64,000 nt of DNA from Podarcis gaigeae (taxonomy: Eukaryota), in the NCBI GenBank assembly GCA_964106915.2, contig OZ066914.1; one strand, written 5' to 3'. This document shows positions 24,148 to 36,441 of the stretch, piece after piece. Both the position numbers and the translations under genes were made by a program. A model generated the notes under the pieces. That model was not told where the DNA came from and did no database searches. It saw only the letters and a list, made by a program, of their open reading frames with translations. Each line of letters starts with the position of its first letter. Position 1 is the first letter of the stretch.

Positions 24148-24909
24148 GCAGAAAGTGAGGAGGAATTAAAGAACCTTTTAATGAGGGTGAAAGAGGAGAG
24201 CGCAAAATATGGTCTGAAGCTCAACATCAAAAAAACGAAGATCATGGCCACTGGGCCCATCACCTCCTGGCAAATAGAAGGGGAAGAAATGGAGGCAGTG
24301 AGAGATTTTACATTCTTGGGCTCCATGATCACTGCAGATGGTGACAGCAGTCACAAAATTAAAAGACGCCTGCTCCTTGGGAGAAAGGTGATGGCAAACC
24401 TAGACAGCATCTTAAAAATCAGAGACATCACCTTGCCAACAAAGGTCCGTACAGTTAAAGCCATGGTTTTCCCAGTAGTGATGTATGGAAGTAAGAGCTG
24501 GACCATAAAGAAGGCTGATCGCCGAAGAATTGATGCTTTTGAATTATGGTGCTGGAGGAGACTCTTGAGAGTCCCATGGACTGCAAGAAGATCAAACGCA
24601 TCCATTCTTAAGGAAATCAGCCCTGAGTGCTCACTGGAAGGACAGATTGTGAAGCTGAGGCTCCAATACTTTGGCCACCTCATGAGAAGAGAAGACTCCC
24701 TGGAAAAGACCCTGATGTTGGGAAAGATTGAGGGCACAAGGAGAAGGGGACGACAGAGGATGAGATGGTTGGACAGTGTTCTCAAAGCTACAAACATGAG
24801 TCTGACCAAACTGCGGGAGACAGTGGAAGACAGGAGTGCCTGGCGTGCTCTAGTCCATGGGGTCACGAAGAGTTGGGCACGACTAAACGACTAAACAACA
24901 ACAACAACA
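24148..24909 (+). mobile_element. BovB (RTE clade) LINE, 5'-truncated
   Basis: Uninterrupted ORF AESEEELKNLLMRVKEESAKYGLKLNIKKTKIM...FTFLGS...DAFELWCWRRLLRVPW...GVTKSWARLND, the typical BovB RT C-terminus, followed by a (CAA)n tail. Confidence 0.95.
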
Positions 24910-25330
24910 TCAAATTCAGCAACAAGGATAGGATGCAGAACTTTTCCCTTTCCCCCTTCATCGGGTTTCACATTTTCCTGTAAAATGTGCATTCCTTTGC
25001 AACATATGGATGAAATCATGACCAACTGGGAAGATGTCCTAGTATTTAAATACGAATATTTCCCCCTTAAAGCATTTTATATGAACAGTCATATGATAAT
25101 CCGATATTCATGAAAGGAAAAAAAGGAGACAATAATTCTCAAATGGCTGAAAAGTTTTTATAAAAATAAGTACATCCCACTTTTCTACTCAAAGTGGCTA
25201 ACAATGAATTCATTAAAAAAATCAAAACAATTTATTCATTCCAGGTATTTGTACACTTCTTACTATTCAGAATTTCTAAGCAGTGTGCATAAAAAAATTA
25301 ACTATGTAGAGAGTAATAAAAATTTAAATT

Positions 25331-25335
<5 letters not shown>

Positions 25336-25379
<44 letters not shown>
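25336..25379. repeat. (AG)n microsatellite
   Basis: Read directly. Confidence 0.95.
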
Positions 25380-25381
<2 letters not shown>

Positions 25382-27184
25382 AGCTTAAAATGCCTACTGA
25401 AATAGGAAAGACTTCGTCAAGCAGCTGAATTTTAGCAAGGAAGGGCATTCCAGAGGATTGGTTCAGGCATGCATCTGAACCATGGGGGACCACAAACATA
25501 GACTCTCCCAAAGATCTAAGTTATTAGGGATAGATACTAATTACAAGTAAAATGTAACACAGGAAAAGACACGTTCAGCTTTCCAAATGTTCCCCCCACG
25601 AGCCTGAGAGCTTTGGACCCCAAAGTCCAGCTTTTCATCCAGCTCTGCAACACCAGCAGTTTTAGCAAAGTCCTGACTAGCATTTAAGGCCCTCTTAGCA
25701 AAGCCTCAAAAAAAGTATTCTCTTTTCCCTTTAAGGTATTAGCCCTGCAGTGTCTCCACACATGGCACTCTCACTGAACTCAAAAGAATGCTGCAAGTAT
25801 GGAAAAAGTTAGAAGTTAAAAAAAAACCCTATAAAGGGATTCAAATAAATCTTTCAAAAATTTAAAACTCATTATTCAGTATTACCGTGGTAGACGTCTA
25901 TTAGAGTAATGACAGCTGAAAGGAGAAAGTGTTCTATTGGCAACACCAGGTGTATTTTTTCCATACCTATATGACAAGTCGTGAGTTGTATAAACGGTTT
26001 TATAGGTTGAGAAAACACATTAAAAGTTTAATACCTAATGAACGTGTTGGTTATGTCCTGGTTTCTCTGACAGATAACGTATAAACAGGCAAAAAGGCAG
26101 GGGGTATTTGTGCAGAGTATTTGCAGAAGACATACAGTGAATGGAACAAAATAATAAATTGCAGGGTTTTCTCCTACACACAGACTCATCAGAGCTGAAA
26201 TAACCAAAATAACCAAAATGCTGCCGCCCAGATGTTGTTGGGACTACAGCTCTCACCAGCCCAACCAGCATTGCCAGTGATCAGTCCTGCAATATCATAT
26301 TGGCAGAAGGGTCTATAAATATGACACTTCGTTCTCCTCCGCCCCCAGCCAGTCATGCATTTGGGAGTTCCACATGTATGACTCCCTATAGTTCACAGCA
26401 CAAGCTGAACTTAAATAATTATTTAGAAAGCCAGGGCCTGTTTTAAGCCCTTGGGGTGAATGACAGAAGGCACTACTTTAAAAGATTCACTATCCGGGCT
26501 GGTGCAAAATGGAAGTCCCCATTCTTGCTTAATTTAAGAAGCAGAACAAAATTATGTGACCCTGTCATTATTCATCGGTCAGATAAGAAGAAAAACACTC
26601 TTCAGGTGTTCCATGTAGGGGAAAATAAACACTTAGTGCCACCACCTTCCAACTTGTGGAAGAACACTGTTTGCAGTTGGGAGGGGGGTTTTTGCATTTG
26701 CAACCAGCATATTTTAGAACTCTGGGTTGGAAAGTGACGGAAAAGGAAACAGAGACAGGTGACATAGAGCTAACACACTTGTTCCCTCTATTCTCCATCA
26801 CTTGTATGGGATGCCTGAAGAGAACCAGCAATACCAAGAGATCATAATGGAGATCTTGGTAACGCTAACAATTAACCTATCTTACATAGCAGCACCCAGA
26901 AGCAAATTGCTTACCTATTAATACAGTACTGGCAATTATAATGATGCACATTTGCAAGAGGGGAAGAAAAACATTGAAAACACAGAAATCACAAAAATGC
27001 ATATTTTTTAAAACTCGCATAAGCTTTTGCCACAGACAGAAGCTGATAGGAGTTGGGGTCCAACAACGTCCAAAAGGCCATCCCTGCCCTAGACTATGTC
27101 CCGGACCAACATTTATGCACACCATGGTGATGCCAATATGTCTGTGTTTGTGTGTAAAATTTGTATACCACATATCACAATGCA

Positions 27185-27295
27185 AAATGAGAACAAGGCA
27201 GTCCTTGTAGTATTGTGGTCTTGGGCTGTTTAGGGCTTTATAAGTCAAAACCAGCATTTTGAATTAGGCCTAGTGACTAATTGGCAGTCAGTGGA
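27185..27295 (-). mobile_element. L2 RT C-terminal fragment
   Basis: Minus strand encodes FKMLVLTYKALNSPRPQYYKDCL, resembling the L2 motif ...LLTYKALN...P.YL. Confidence 0.6.
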
Positions 27296-29391
27296 CCTTT
27301 TCAATCATGGTGCCCTCCCTAGAGAATCTACTGGCTGTCAAATGTTCTTGCCTGTATCTTTTCAGGAAAGGGCAAAGACATTTAAAAGATTCCCCCTGCA
27401 TGTTTTATAATAGGTTTCAGTGGTGTTTGGGTGGATTTACTGGTTTTTACTGGTTGCCTTTTTAGAGCTTCTATTCTTAACTGTTGATTTACCCCAAGGA
27501 CTGCCAACATGATGCTCTTAGGATGGACTCCCAGCTCCCATCGGCCCCAGCCAGCATGGCAAATGGTCAGAGATGATGGGCGCTATAATCCAACAGATGG
27601 AGGGCACTACAATGACTGCCCCAATTTGGACTGTATGCTCACCTGGCAGTTTTACTGGAAGGCATTTTAAACAAATAGCAGTACTTTGGGATATTTTTTT
27701 TCCAGTACACAAAATATTCAAATTGTAAGACGTCTTATTCAGAAGCACAGCCATTAAAACATATTCTCTCCACTAGTTCCAATTACTATATACAGTTCAG
27801 TAAGTGCTGTACAACTCAAAAAAGAACTAGTCTGCATTATATCAAAGCATTATTTCATGGAAATAAACCATCTTTTCTTATATTATAGATGTTTGGCTAC
27901 TGCAAAAAGCATTAGCCCGATGTATCAATTACAGTTTCAGACCCTGAGCAACTCCATAACAGGAGGCTATAGTTTAAGCTAACCAGAACCAGTACACTTT
28001 CGTTCCTTGCCAGCTAAGCCATGGTTTAGCCAGCCATAATGAAGATGTCCGAAAGAGCCCTACTTCAGTAATTGATTTTGTTTTCAAAGGGAGGTCAAAA
28101 TAATGCTACTTCTAAAAACTTTACATCCCTCTTTTCTTTTAATAATTCTTTAAAAATTATTACTATTTCAACAAAATAAGCAGAATATATATGTACAATC
28201 ACCAACATTAAAGAGGGATTGTATCTCAGGGAGGTTAAATAACATTCAGTGTGTCCTTGTGTATGCCTTCAAAAGATTTAATTTGATTCCAGTATATTAC
28301 ATTGCCCTTTTGTGATAAACACTCAAAAATGTATTACAGCTAACAAAAATACCCATGCCCCAAACCAGAAATGGGAGATTAACAAACAGGTATCTTTTGA
28401 GGTACACTGGGGTGCATATAGCCTCATCCCGTCGCCAATTAGTGCGTGCAACTAGTTATCCACAGCAAGAACTGGATCAGGGGCTTCATCCTTTTCCCAT
28501 GTGAATAAAAAACCTAACATGAATAACTCCTACATTCTTTTTTCCTATAAATTACCCAATTATTTATTGGCATATGCAAGATTTCAAGTACAATTTTAGA
28601 ACTGTTTTAAATGAATTCAGCTGTAAAAGCACAGTTATGGAATGTCTATCATTAATGCAATTGATTCCATATATTTATATCTTGAAATTTTCTTGAAGTG
28701 AAATTAATATCTGTTCAGAGCAAAAAAACCAACAACGTCACTTATTTAGTCCAAGACAACTTGATAACATCTCTTTCAACCATAGTTATAAATATCTTGC
28801 ACAAACTTCCAAAGCAGAAGTTGTCAAGATATAACATTAGCATTAATTTATGTCATAACTGACTGTTATTCTCAAGATAATAGCAAAGTATTCAGTCCAT
28901 GCTGTCTGGAGAAAAATGAAAAAAGAAACTTTGTCCTGTCACTAATCATTTAATTAAATCTATCAATAACACGTTCTCTTTTACACTTCTTACAACTTGA
29001 TCCTAAGATGTGCTGTGCACTGAGGAAGTTAAAATGAATATACCAAGAACTATGGTTGCTGTGTATTTCCACAATTGTAATGCTACACTAGCACTGCAGA
29101 GAGACAGGTGCCTCAACACAAACAAGCAGAGTAAACAAAACAAAAAAAAAAGAGCTATAAAAGTTTTACACTAGTAGGAGCAGAATCTTGCCAACGAGAG
29201 CCAAACTGGTCAGGCAATGAAATATTAGCTGTGCTTGAGCACAGCTCTAATGCTTGAGCACTACATACAGAGGCATCCACGAGGGCAAGAGATGTGTTAG
29301 ACTCATGTGCTTCCTCATCCCATTCCTGTTTTAACCTTCTCTTTCAAAGAAACTTGGCTCAGCTTTAAATACAAAGCAGAGAACCTTACCT

Positions 29392-30440
29392 TTGCTAAGG
29401 TTCTCTGCAACTTCCATCATAGAGCTTCAGTTTGCTGATGACAACATAGTGTGTGCACACTCAGAGGATGACCTCAAAAGCATCCTAAAAATATTCGCAG
29501 AAGCTTATGAGAAGCCTGGCCTATTGCTCAACATCCAAAAACCCAAAGTGCTGCACCAACAAGCGCAAAACAACCCCTCTGCAGCGCCACAAATCCAACT
29601 CAATGGTGTAACATTGGAAAGTGTCAATCACTTCTCCTACCTGGGCAGTTATCTTTCCACAACGGCTCACATTGATGCCAGAATCCAGCATCGCCTGAAC
29701 TCTGCAAGTGCAGCTTTCTCCCTACTGAAGTGCAGTGTTTGAGGACCGGGACATTTGCAGGGAAACCAAAATGCTTGTCTACGAAGGCATTGCACTTATC
29801 AACATTACTGTACGAATGTAAAACAGGGACCACTTATAAACGCCATCTCCAACTCCTTGAAAGATTCCATCAACCATGTCTCCAAAAAATTGTACACATC
29901 ACTTGGGAAGACAGGCAAACTAATGCCAGTGTACTAGAAGAAGCAGAGATCACCAGTGTCGAAGCAATGATTCTTCAACATCAACTTCATTGGACTGGTC
30001 ATGTTGTTCACATGACTGATTATTGTCTTCCAAAGCAACTACTCTATTCTGAACTTAAAAATGGTAAGCGTAATGGAAAGTGTAATGAGAGTGGTCAACA
30101 AAAGAGGTTTAAAGACTCAAGAGACAAATCTCAAAAATTGTAGTATACAGACAACTGGCAAACACTGGCCTGCAAGCGCTCCAATTGGAGAACAGCCTTT
30201 ACCAAAGGTGTCATGGATGTTGAAGATGCTCAAACTCAGGAAAAGGGGAAAGTGTGCTAAGAGGAAGGCACGCTTGGCAAACCCTCACCATGATCAACTC
30301 CCGCCCAGAAACCTATGTCCCCACTTTGGAAGGACGTGTGGATCCAGAATTGGCCTCAACAGTCACTTACGGTCTCACTGTTAAGACCGTGTTCATGAAG
30401 ACAATCTTACTCAGCTAAGAGTGATCACCAAAGAAGAAGG
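29392..30440 (+). mobile_element. RTE-clade LINE (non-BovB), 5'-truncated, frameshifted
   Basis: LQFADD (RT YADD box), FSYLGS, a C-terminal C2H2-like LCPHFGRTCGSRIGLNSHLRSH, short (GAA)n tail. Probable TSD core CAAAGCAGAGA at 29372-29382 and 30441-30451. Confidence 0.9.
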
Positions 30441-30878
30441 CAAAGCAGAGAGCCTATCTTAAATCAAACAATGGTTAAACATGCAAGGTTTGAGTCTGAC
30501 TGGTTTATCTTTGAACATCTGTTTTTAAACCAGGATTCCTGATTTGTACACCAACACTAAGTGGAAAGTTAGACTAAGCAGAAGACTCTTCCTGGCCACA
30601 AGGGAGAAGAAAAAGGAGGTGGAGATGCACTATGGCAGACACTCAAGTCCTAACTCTTAAAAATAATCTGATGGACCTTGTCATGTTAAGTCGATGTCAG
30701 GGGTTTTCATACTGAAGTCTATGAGCTTCAGTCAGGTGCTTCATGGTGTATCTGTGGATTTGTGGTTGAAGATCGGAGATGGCACATGCATCACATTAAA
30801 TCACCATACTTAATTTTAACCGTATTTCTATTGTAGCTTATTATAATTTGAATTCTATGGCATTAAAATTCTAAAATG

Positions 30879-31385
30879 TGTCATGGTATGATTGGAAACA
30901 GAGGAACGGTGGGAGGAACCAGCTGGGAAACCCCCAAGGGAAGAAGGTTGGAGCCAGGGAATTGGTGGTGGGACGATGATGAGTGGTCCGAGGGAGAAGA
31001 CTGAGAGGAGGTGTTGGAAGGTGGAGAGGTAACAGGGCTTAGGGAGGGGTGAGTCTGTGGCTGATAGAAGAATCAGAGGCAGAAGTTGAAGGAGAGGAGG
31101 AAGGCCAAGAGGCAGAAATGAGTTTGGCTGGTGAAAAGGCACAGGCGTCTCCCCCTCCTGCTGCGACAATTTCCCCTCCCACCTGGTCTCCCAGAACCAG
31201 GAAAGGTATGAGCAGGGAAAAAGGGAAGTTATCTTCATGAAGGTGAGGCTCAGATTGCTTGGGGAAAACCCTGGAGAGGCAGGGACTAGGGCAGCTGTGG
31301 GGAGGCAGGGACCTTTAGTTTCAGCAACTGCTTCATTGGGGCAAGACCTGCCAGAGATGAGTTGCTTTGCTTATTAGGCCTGACA
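30879..31385 (+). mobile_element. Decayed LTR-like element with frameshifted acidic / SP / basic ORF remnant
   Basis: Starts TGTCA; CCTGACA at 31379-31385 (true end uncertain; no TSD or AATAAA seen). Purine-rich. Fragments translate as LETEERWEEPAGKPPREEG, WWWDDDEWSEGED and EESEAEVEGEEEGQEAE...SPPPAATISPPTWSPRTRK. Confidence 0.55.
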
Positions 31386-31489
31386 TTCCTGTGCTGATCC
31401 TGTTTTTGCTGCTCCAAATTGCTCAGTGTGATTTTACCACTGGCTCGCTCCTGTCATTGCATTCTGGCATGTACAGCCGAAATCACATG

Positions 31490-31782
31490 CAGTGGACGCT
31501 CGGGTTGCGAACATGATCCGCGCAGGAAGCACGTTCACAAACCACAGCATTCGCAACCCACAGCGTTCGCAACCTGCAGCGTTTGCAACCTGCAGCGCAG
31601 TGTGTGTGCACAAGCGGGTCACAATTTGGCGCTTCTGTGCATGCACAAAGCGCGATTTAGCGCTTCTGCACATGTGCAAGCGCCGAAACCTGGAAGTAAC
31701 CAGTTCCGGTACTTCCGGGTTCGGTGAGGTGCGAAACCCGAAATCGCACAACCTGAAGCGTCTGTAACCCGAGGTATGACTG
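31490..31782. mobile_element. Tc1/mariner-type MITE related to 42696-42938 (inverted)
   Basis: CAGTGGACGCTCGGGTT...AACCCGAGGTATGACTG|TA. Confidence 0.78.
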
Positions 31783-32720
31783 TATAGTCAAAACAACCCC
31801 CTGGAACTGCTCCTGAACTATCAACCTTACCTTCTGAGATCTCATGAAGGCCTCCAGAGACCATGAGAGAGTCTCCCGTAGCCCAGTCTGCCACAGAAAG
31901 AGCTTTTAAGCTATCTGCCTTCTTTGACTTTAATCTGTGTGACATCAGCTACCAGGCCACCTGGCACATAACACTGTGATTGAATGTGTCAAATGCACAC
32001 AAGTTGCGATCCTACCATACAATAAAATACAAAATATAAGAAAGGAAAGAAGCAATAAAAGGACAATTAAAAATTGCATCTAGCACTGCACAGTAGAACT
32101 GCTACAATGGGCAGACATTTTTGTTAGGTGGTCCTCCACGATCCTCAGCAATTTTCAAGTGGTCCATGGAGTTAAAATGTTTGGGAACCACTAGTCTATT
32201 GGATTACTGCAAAGATTTCTGAGTTACTGGTCACACAGAACTTGATCCTCCTGGAGAAGAGTTTGAAATTTATGTCCTACTCTAAGGACAGTAATTTTTA
32301 AAACTTGCTTATTCAATGAACCCTTTCACCATTGATAGTCTGCCATGAAACTTCTGTTGATTCAGATAGAACATTGTACAGGCCTACTAGACCTCACTTT
32401 TGCTCCCAAGCGACCCGAAAGTTCACCCAAGGATACATACAACCCTGTCCTACACATGCACATTGCAGAGGAAGACTGGTACTGATGGCCAAGCAGTCTT
32501 CTTACTGATCTCTTTACTGAAGAACCCTAATAAAGTCCAGGGCTACCAAACACAGTTTGAAAGCCACTTCCTCAGAACCACTGCAAGCTTTTCCCTTTCA
32601 CACTAAGAAGCAATTCAAATTTCTTTTTCAGGCCCCTATTGGAACCAATTATTTTACAATTCAACTAGGGCTAAGGGAACATTCCATCAGCGCAAGGATT
32701 CCAGCCTGCACTACAGAATG

Positions 32721-32804
32721 TTTCCCCCCTCTATTCCCCACACTACCCCTTAGAAAGTCTGTTCCCCCCTCTATTCCCCATACTTCCCCTTAGAAAGTCT
32801 GTTC
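32721..32804. repeat. 40-bp tandem duplication
   Basis: ttcccccctctattcccca(c/t)act(a/t)cccttagaaagtctg x2. Confidence 0.9.
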
Positions 32805-33204
32805 TTCTAGGGATTCCCCCAACCCTCTGGAGAAGATTCAGGGAAGACACAGAGCATGCATAGGAGGGAGAGGAAAGTCCCACTGTGCAAGCAGAAATCC
32901 TTATAATACACTATTTCCTTGAACCTGTGGACACACTAAAAATATTCTGCTGAGACCCATCACTGATTTTTCTTAGCTGAGTGGAGCTCAAACAAGCTAT
33001 TGTCCTGCAAAGGAAATCCAAGTTTAGAAACACAAGGATTGCTATTATTCTGACCAGTAGAAGATTTTCTACAAAGTAGTAGAATTTCTCTTACAGAGCA
33101 ACAACAAGCAGCATCCTGCTTGGAATTCATCCTCTGCTGTAACACCACCAGTGCAGTAATGACCGTGGCCTCAAAAGTCTCAGGAGGCAGAACTGTGCAC
33201 CACA

Positions 33205-33356
33205 AATAATAATAATATTAAATAATAATTTATTATTTCTACCTGCCCATCTGGCTGGGCTTCCCCAGCCACTCTGGGCGGCTTCCAACAAAAGATTAAA
33301 AATACATGAAAACATCATTCATTAAAAACTTCCCTAAACAGGGCTGCCTTCAGATC
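33205..33356 (-). mobile_element. Short L2 3' end (similar copies near 43190-43336 +, 51715-51800 +, 48590-48750 -, 54990-55065 -)
   Basis: Shares cccatctggctgggcttccccagccactctgggcggcttcc and an AAT-rich tail with the 2942-3305 element. Confidence 0.7.
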
Positions 33357-33722
33357 CAGCACCACAGAAAACTCACAACGTAGCACTACAAACATAACAC
33401 AACATCACCTTCTAAATTAAACCCCTTTTATCCAGACCACAGTGCAACTATCTTAATTCAAATCACGGTAGAGCTCAAAACAAAACTATAAGACAGAAAA
33501 TAATTTTATTTTTGTTTCACATGTCAGCATAGCTTCCCCATTCAGAGAGTGGAAGATGCCAAGAGATCTGCTCAGAGACACGCTCTCTCCATTAGGTTAG
33601 TAGGAAACCCCATTTTTCTAGGAGCTTTGCTGGTTAGTTGAAAAAAAGCCAGTTTTATAAAAAAACTTGCAGAGTTTTATAAAGACTGACATGAAGCTAA
33701 CTTGCTCCAACCAACCAGAGTA

Positions 33723-33964
33723 CAGTGGTACCTCAGGTTAAGTACTTAATTCGTTCCAGAGGTCCGTACTTAACCTGAAACTGTTCTTAACCTGAAGCAC
33801 CACTTTAGCTAATGGGGCCTCCTGCTGCCGTCGCGCCGCCGGAGCACAATTTCTGTTCTCATCCTGAAGCAAAGTTCTTAACCTGAAGCACTATTTCTGG
33901 GTTAGCGGAGTCTGTAACCTGAAGAGTATGTAACCTGAAGCGTATGTAACCTGAGGTACCACTG
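33723..33964 (+). mobile_element. MITE family 1
   Basis: TA|CAGTGGTACCTCAGGTTA...TAACCTGAGGTACCACTG|TA. Confidence 0.92.
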
Positions 33965-34872
33965 TAACTTAAGACTAACCACGGTTTGGGCATTAAAACA
34001 AAAGTGGGGAACCTGTGGCTTTCCAGATGTTGTGTGACTACAGTTCCCATTGTCCATTGCCATTGGCCATGCTGGTTGGGGATGGTAGGAGTTGGGTTAT
34101 GTGTTCCTCATCCCTGCATTAGCATTTCATTTCAGCTAGTAGAGTCTAGAATGGAATCAACAGCTTCCTAGCTCCTCTTCATGGCACAGGAGTAGGGAGT
34201 GCACGAGCCCAAGGTTTGATGTTGTTCACTCCTGTAACAATAGACCATGGCTATCGTAACATTCAAACAAGGCCAATATATTCTATTTATGCTTGCTACT
34301 TAAAAAAAACCTAGGTAAAAATGCCACTAATAATTCAGAATATCACCAATAACAAAACTGCAATTGAAAAAGTACTATGTAAGGCTCCGAGTAAGGAACA
34401 CAATATAAATAATAAATTCCTTCCTCTTTGATTTTGCTTTAAAATTCATTGGCTTATTCCCGGAGAAGACGTGTTCCCTACAGTTGAGCACAGAAACAAA
34501 AGATACGAAACCTAAGATATTGGAAGCAACAAAACATAATATATCAGCAGTGTAAAACCTGGAAGACATTGAATCACAAGGAGCATACAATTCTTCTTAT
34601 GTTTCTCTTTTGTACTTCTTAGCATAAATCAGTTTTACTACTATAATGGGGTCTTTAGCCTGAAGTCAGGAAGCAACAATAAAGTGCAGAATAAGCTATA
34701 AATTAAGACCCATTTCATCTAAGTTTATTCTCTATAGGAAACAGCATGTAGAGCAAAATATATGGAGAGGAATACAGGAATGGTGGCTACAGGCCTCGGG
34801 CCTACAGTCTAACTATATTGAACATTTTTTTTTATTCTTAGCTTTAAGAAGAAGAATTCTCACACAACCTAC

Positions 34873-35066
34873 CTTAACAAGTTTCAGAAGTTTATAAAGA
34901 TCTTCAACCTCATCACCTTCACATCTGGTATATACTTTGCCAGTTTCCACACTGGTGCCCTTAATAGTGCGGCGATAAAGTGGCAAGCCCATGGCTTCTG
35001 CATATAACTCTATAGCATGGTGCCCCACCGTTTGATACATGTAGCTGTCCAGCTCATCAGTCCCTT
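34873..35066 (-). CDS. DPH6: DPH6 coding exon 3 (194 nt)
   Basis: gtcttccag|AA GGG ACT GAT GAG CTG GAC AGC TAC ATG...CTT GTT AAG|gtaggt, encoding (E)GTDELDSYMYQTVGHHAIELYAEAMGLPLYRRTIKGTSVETGKVYTRCEGDEVEDLYKLLKLVK. In frame with exon 2. Confidence 0.97.
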
Positions 35067-35165
35067 CTGGAAGACAGACAAAAGTAAAGCTGTATTAGCT
35101 AATATTTACAATATGTACTAATAAGGCAGGAGAGCCTGCTCCCAGTTTTGTTTCAAATAGAACCC

Positions 35166-35402
35166 ATCTGCACTATACATTTAAAGCAGTATTATACTAT
35201 TTCAATCAGTCAAGTCTTGCCCCAAAGGATCCTGGGAACTGTAGTTTGTAAAGGGTGCTGAGAGGAGTTCGAAGACCCCCGTTTCCCTCATAGAACTAAA
35301 ATTCTCATCACACTAAAAAACCACAGTTCCCACAATTCTTTGGGGGGGGGAGCCATGACTGTTTAAAACATTATAATAATGCTTTAAATGTTTCGTGCAG
35401 AT
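35166..35402. mobile_element. Long-TIR palindromic MITE (related copies near 39202-39371, 46085-46632, 60990-61150)
   Basis: atctgcac...catttaaagca...tgggaactgt / acagttccca...tgctttaaatg...gtgcagat. Confidence 0.7.
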
Positions 35403-36346
35403 GTAGTTATAGATGAATCAACCTGACCACTTTTGTACATGGATGGGAATTACTTTATTCTCCAGCTTTGTGCAACTTTCCAACAAGTGTTTTGCCCCCC
35501 AAGTCACCATGGGAACAGCAGTTTCATGTTTTGTGGGTTGCTACTTATGTATTTCCACCACTCTCCCAACAGGAAATATAAGTGATAATGTCACAGGGGC
35601 AGAATCAACCATGTAATAACAACACAAAACAAAGCTGGCTTTGTAAACAATCATCTGTATCTCTCACATAGCAGCTTTGAGATGTTATAAATCACTTTTG
35701 ATGTTTTATTACCGTCAAATGGTAGATAAATGTTGCGACATAAATAGTAAAGTACATCAAATCTATATGCATACACAGAGCAATCAGCTTCTACTTTGTG
35801 TTGTTAGGTCTAATCCATGCAATTCTTTAAAAAGCCAAAGCCCTAAAAAGCTGCAAATGACAACTCCATAAAATAACCCATTATCCAGTAATAGAATAAA
35901 ATAAGACTACAGCAAACCTGTCTTAAAAGAAGTCAAGAGATACTCCCAGCCTCCAACTCATGGAAGACAACCCAGAATGGCAACAAGGGACAGAGCTAGG
36001 CCCCTCATCCCCACTCCATTTTTTTGTGCATTATAACTTTGGAGAATGCCTGAAGAAGGCTTTAGAATTAGAGAACTGCAAGCCCAGAAATTCATGTTGT
36101 GTATCAGAACTGAACAGAGCTGATAGTCCTTCCACAAAAAGAAATGCAACTCCTGGGTATGCCAAGCTCAGAATAATTTAGGTCAGCAGCAAAATCATTA
36201 TTTGCTCCTATTATTAAACATCCGGGAGTCAGAAATCATTGCCGATCTAGGGCAAATCACTCAGAGATCTACCGGTAGAGATTCAACACTAATCCTCCAG
36301 CACAGTGAGTAGGGTGGCAGAGTTTGAGGGAATGTGAAATTCTCAC

Positions 36347-36441
36347 CTTTGTTTTCAGCAGGTCTAAGATTGGCTAAGGCAACAATCTGGTGTCCAGCAG
36401 CAACACAATGCATCATATTGTAACAGCTGTCTTTCCCACCA
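36347..36441 (-). CDS. DPH6: DPH6 coding exon 2 (95 nt; PP-loop SGGKDS)
   Basis: tttattccag|T GGT GGG AAA GAC AGC...GAA AAC AAA G|gtgaga, encoding (S)GGKDSCYNMMHCVAAGHQIVALANLRPAENK, near-identical to vertebrate DPH6. Confidence 0.97.

Larger units (their letters stand above)
1..34872 (-). other. DPH6: DPH6 intron 3 (partial, runs off the window)
   Basis: GT donor at 34872-34871. The expected exon 4 (EKE..VEG.SVGAILSDYQR) was not found by eye in the remaining 34.8 kb. Confidence 0.7.

Noticed and set aside
24351-24866. 171-aa minus-strand ORF
   Set aside because: Antisense shadow of the BovB ORF.
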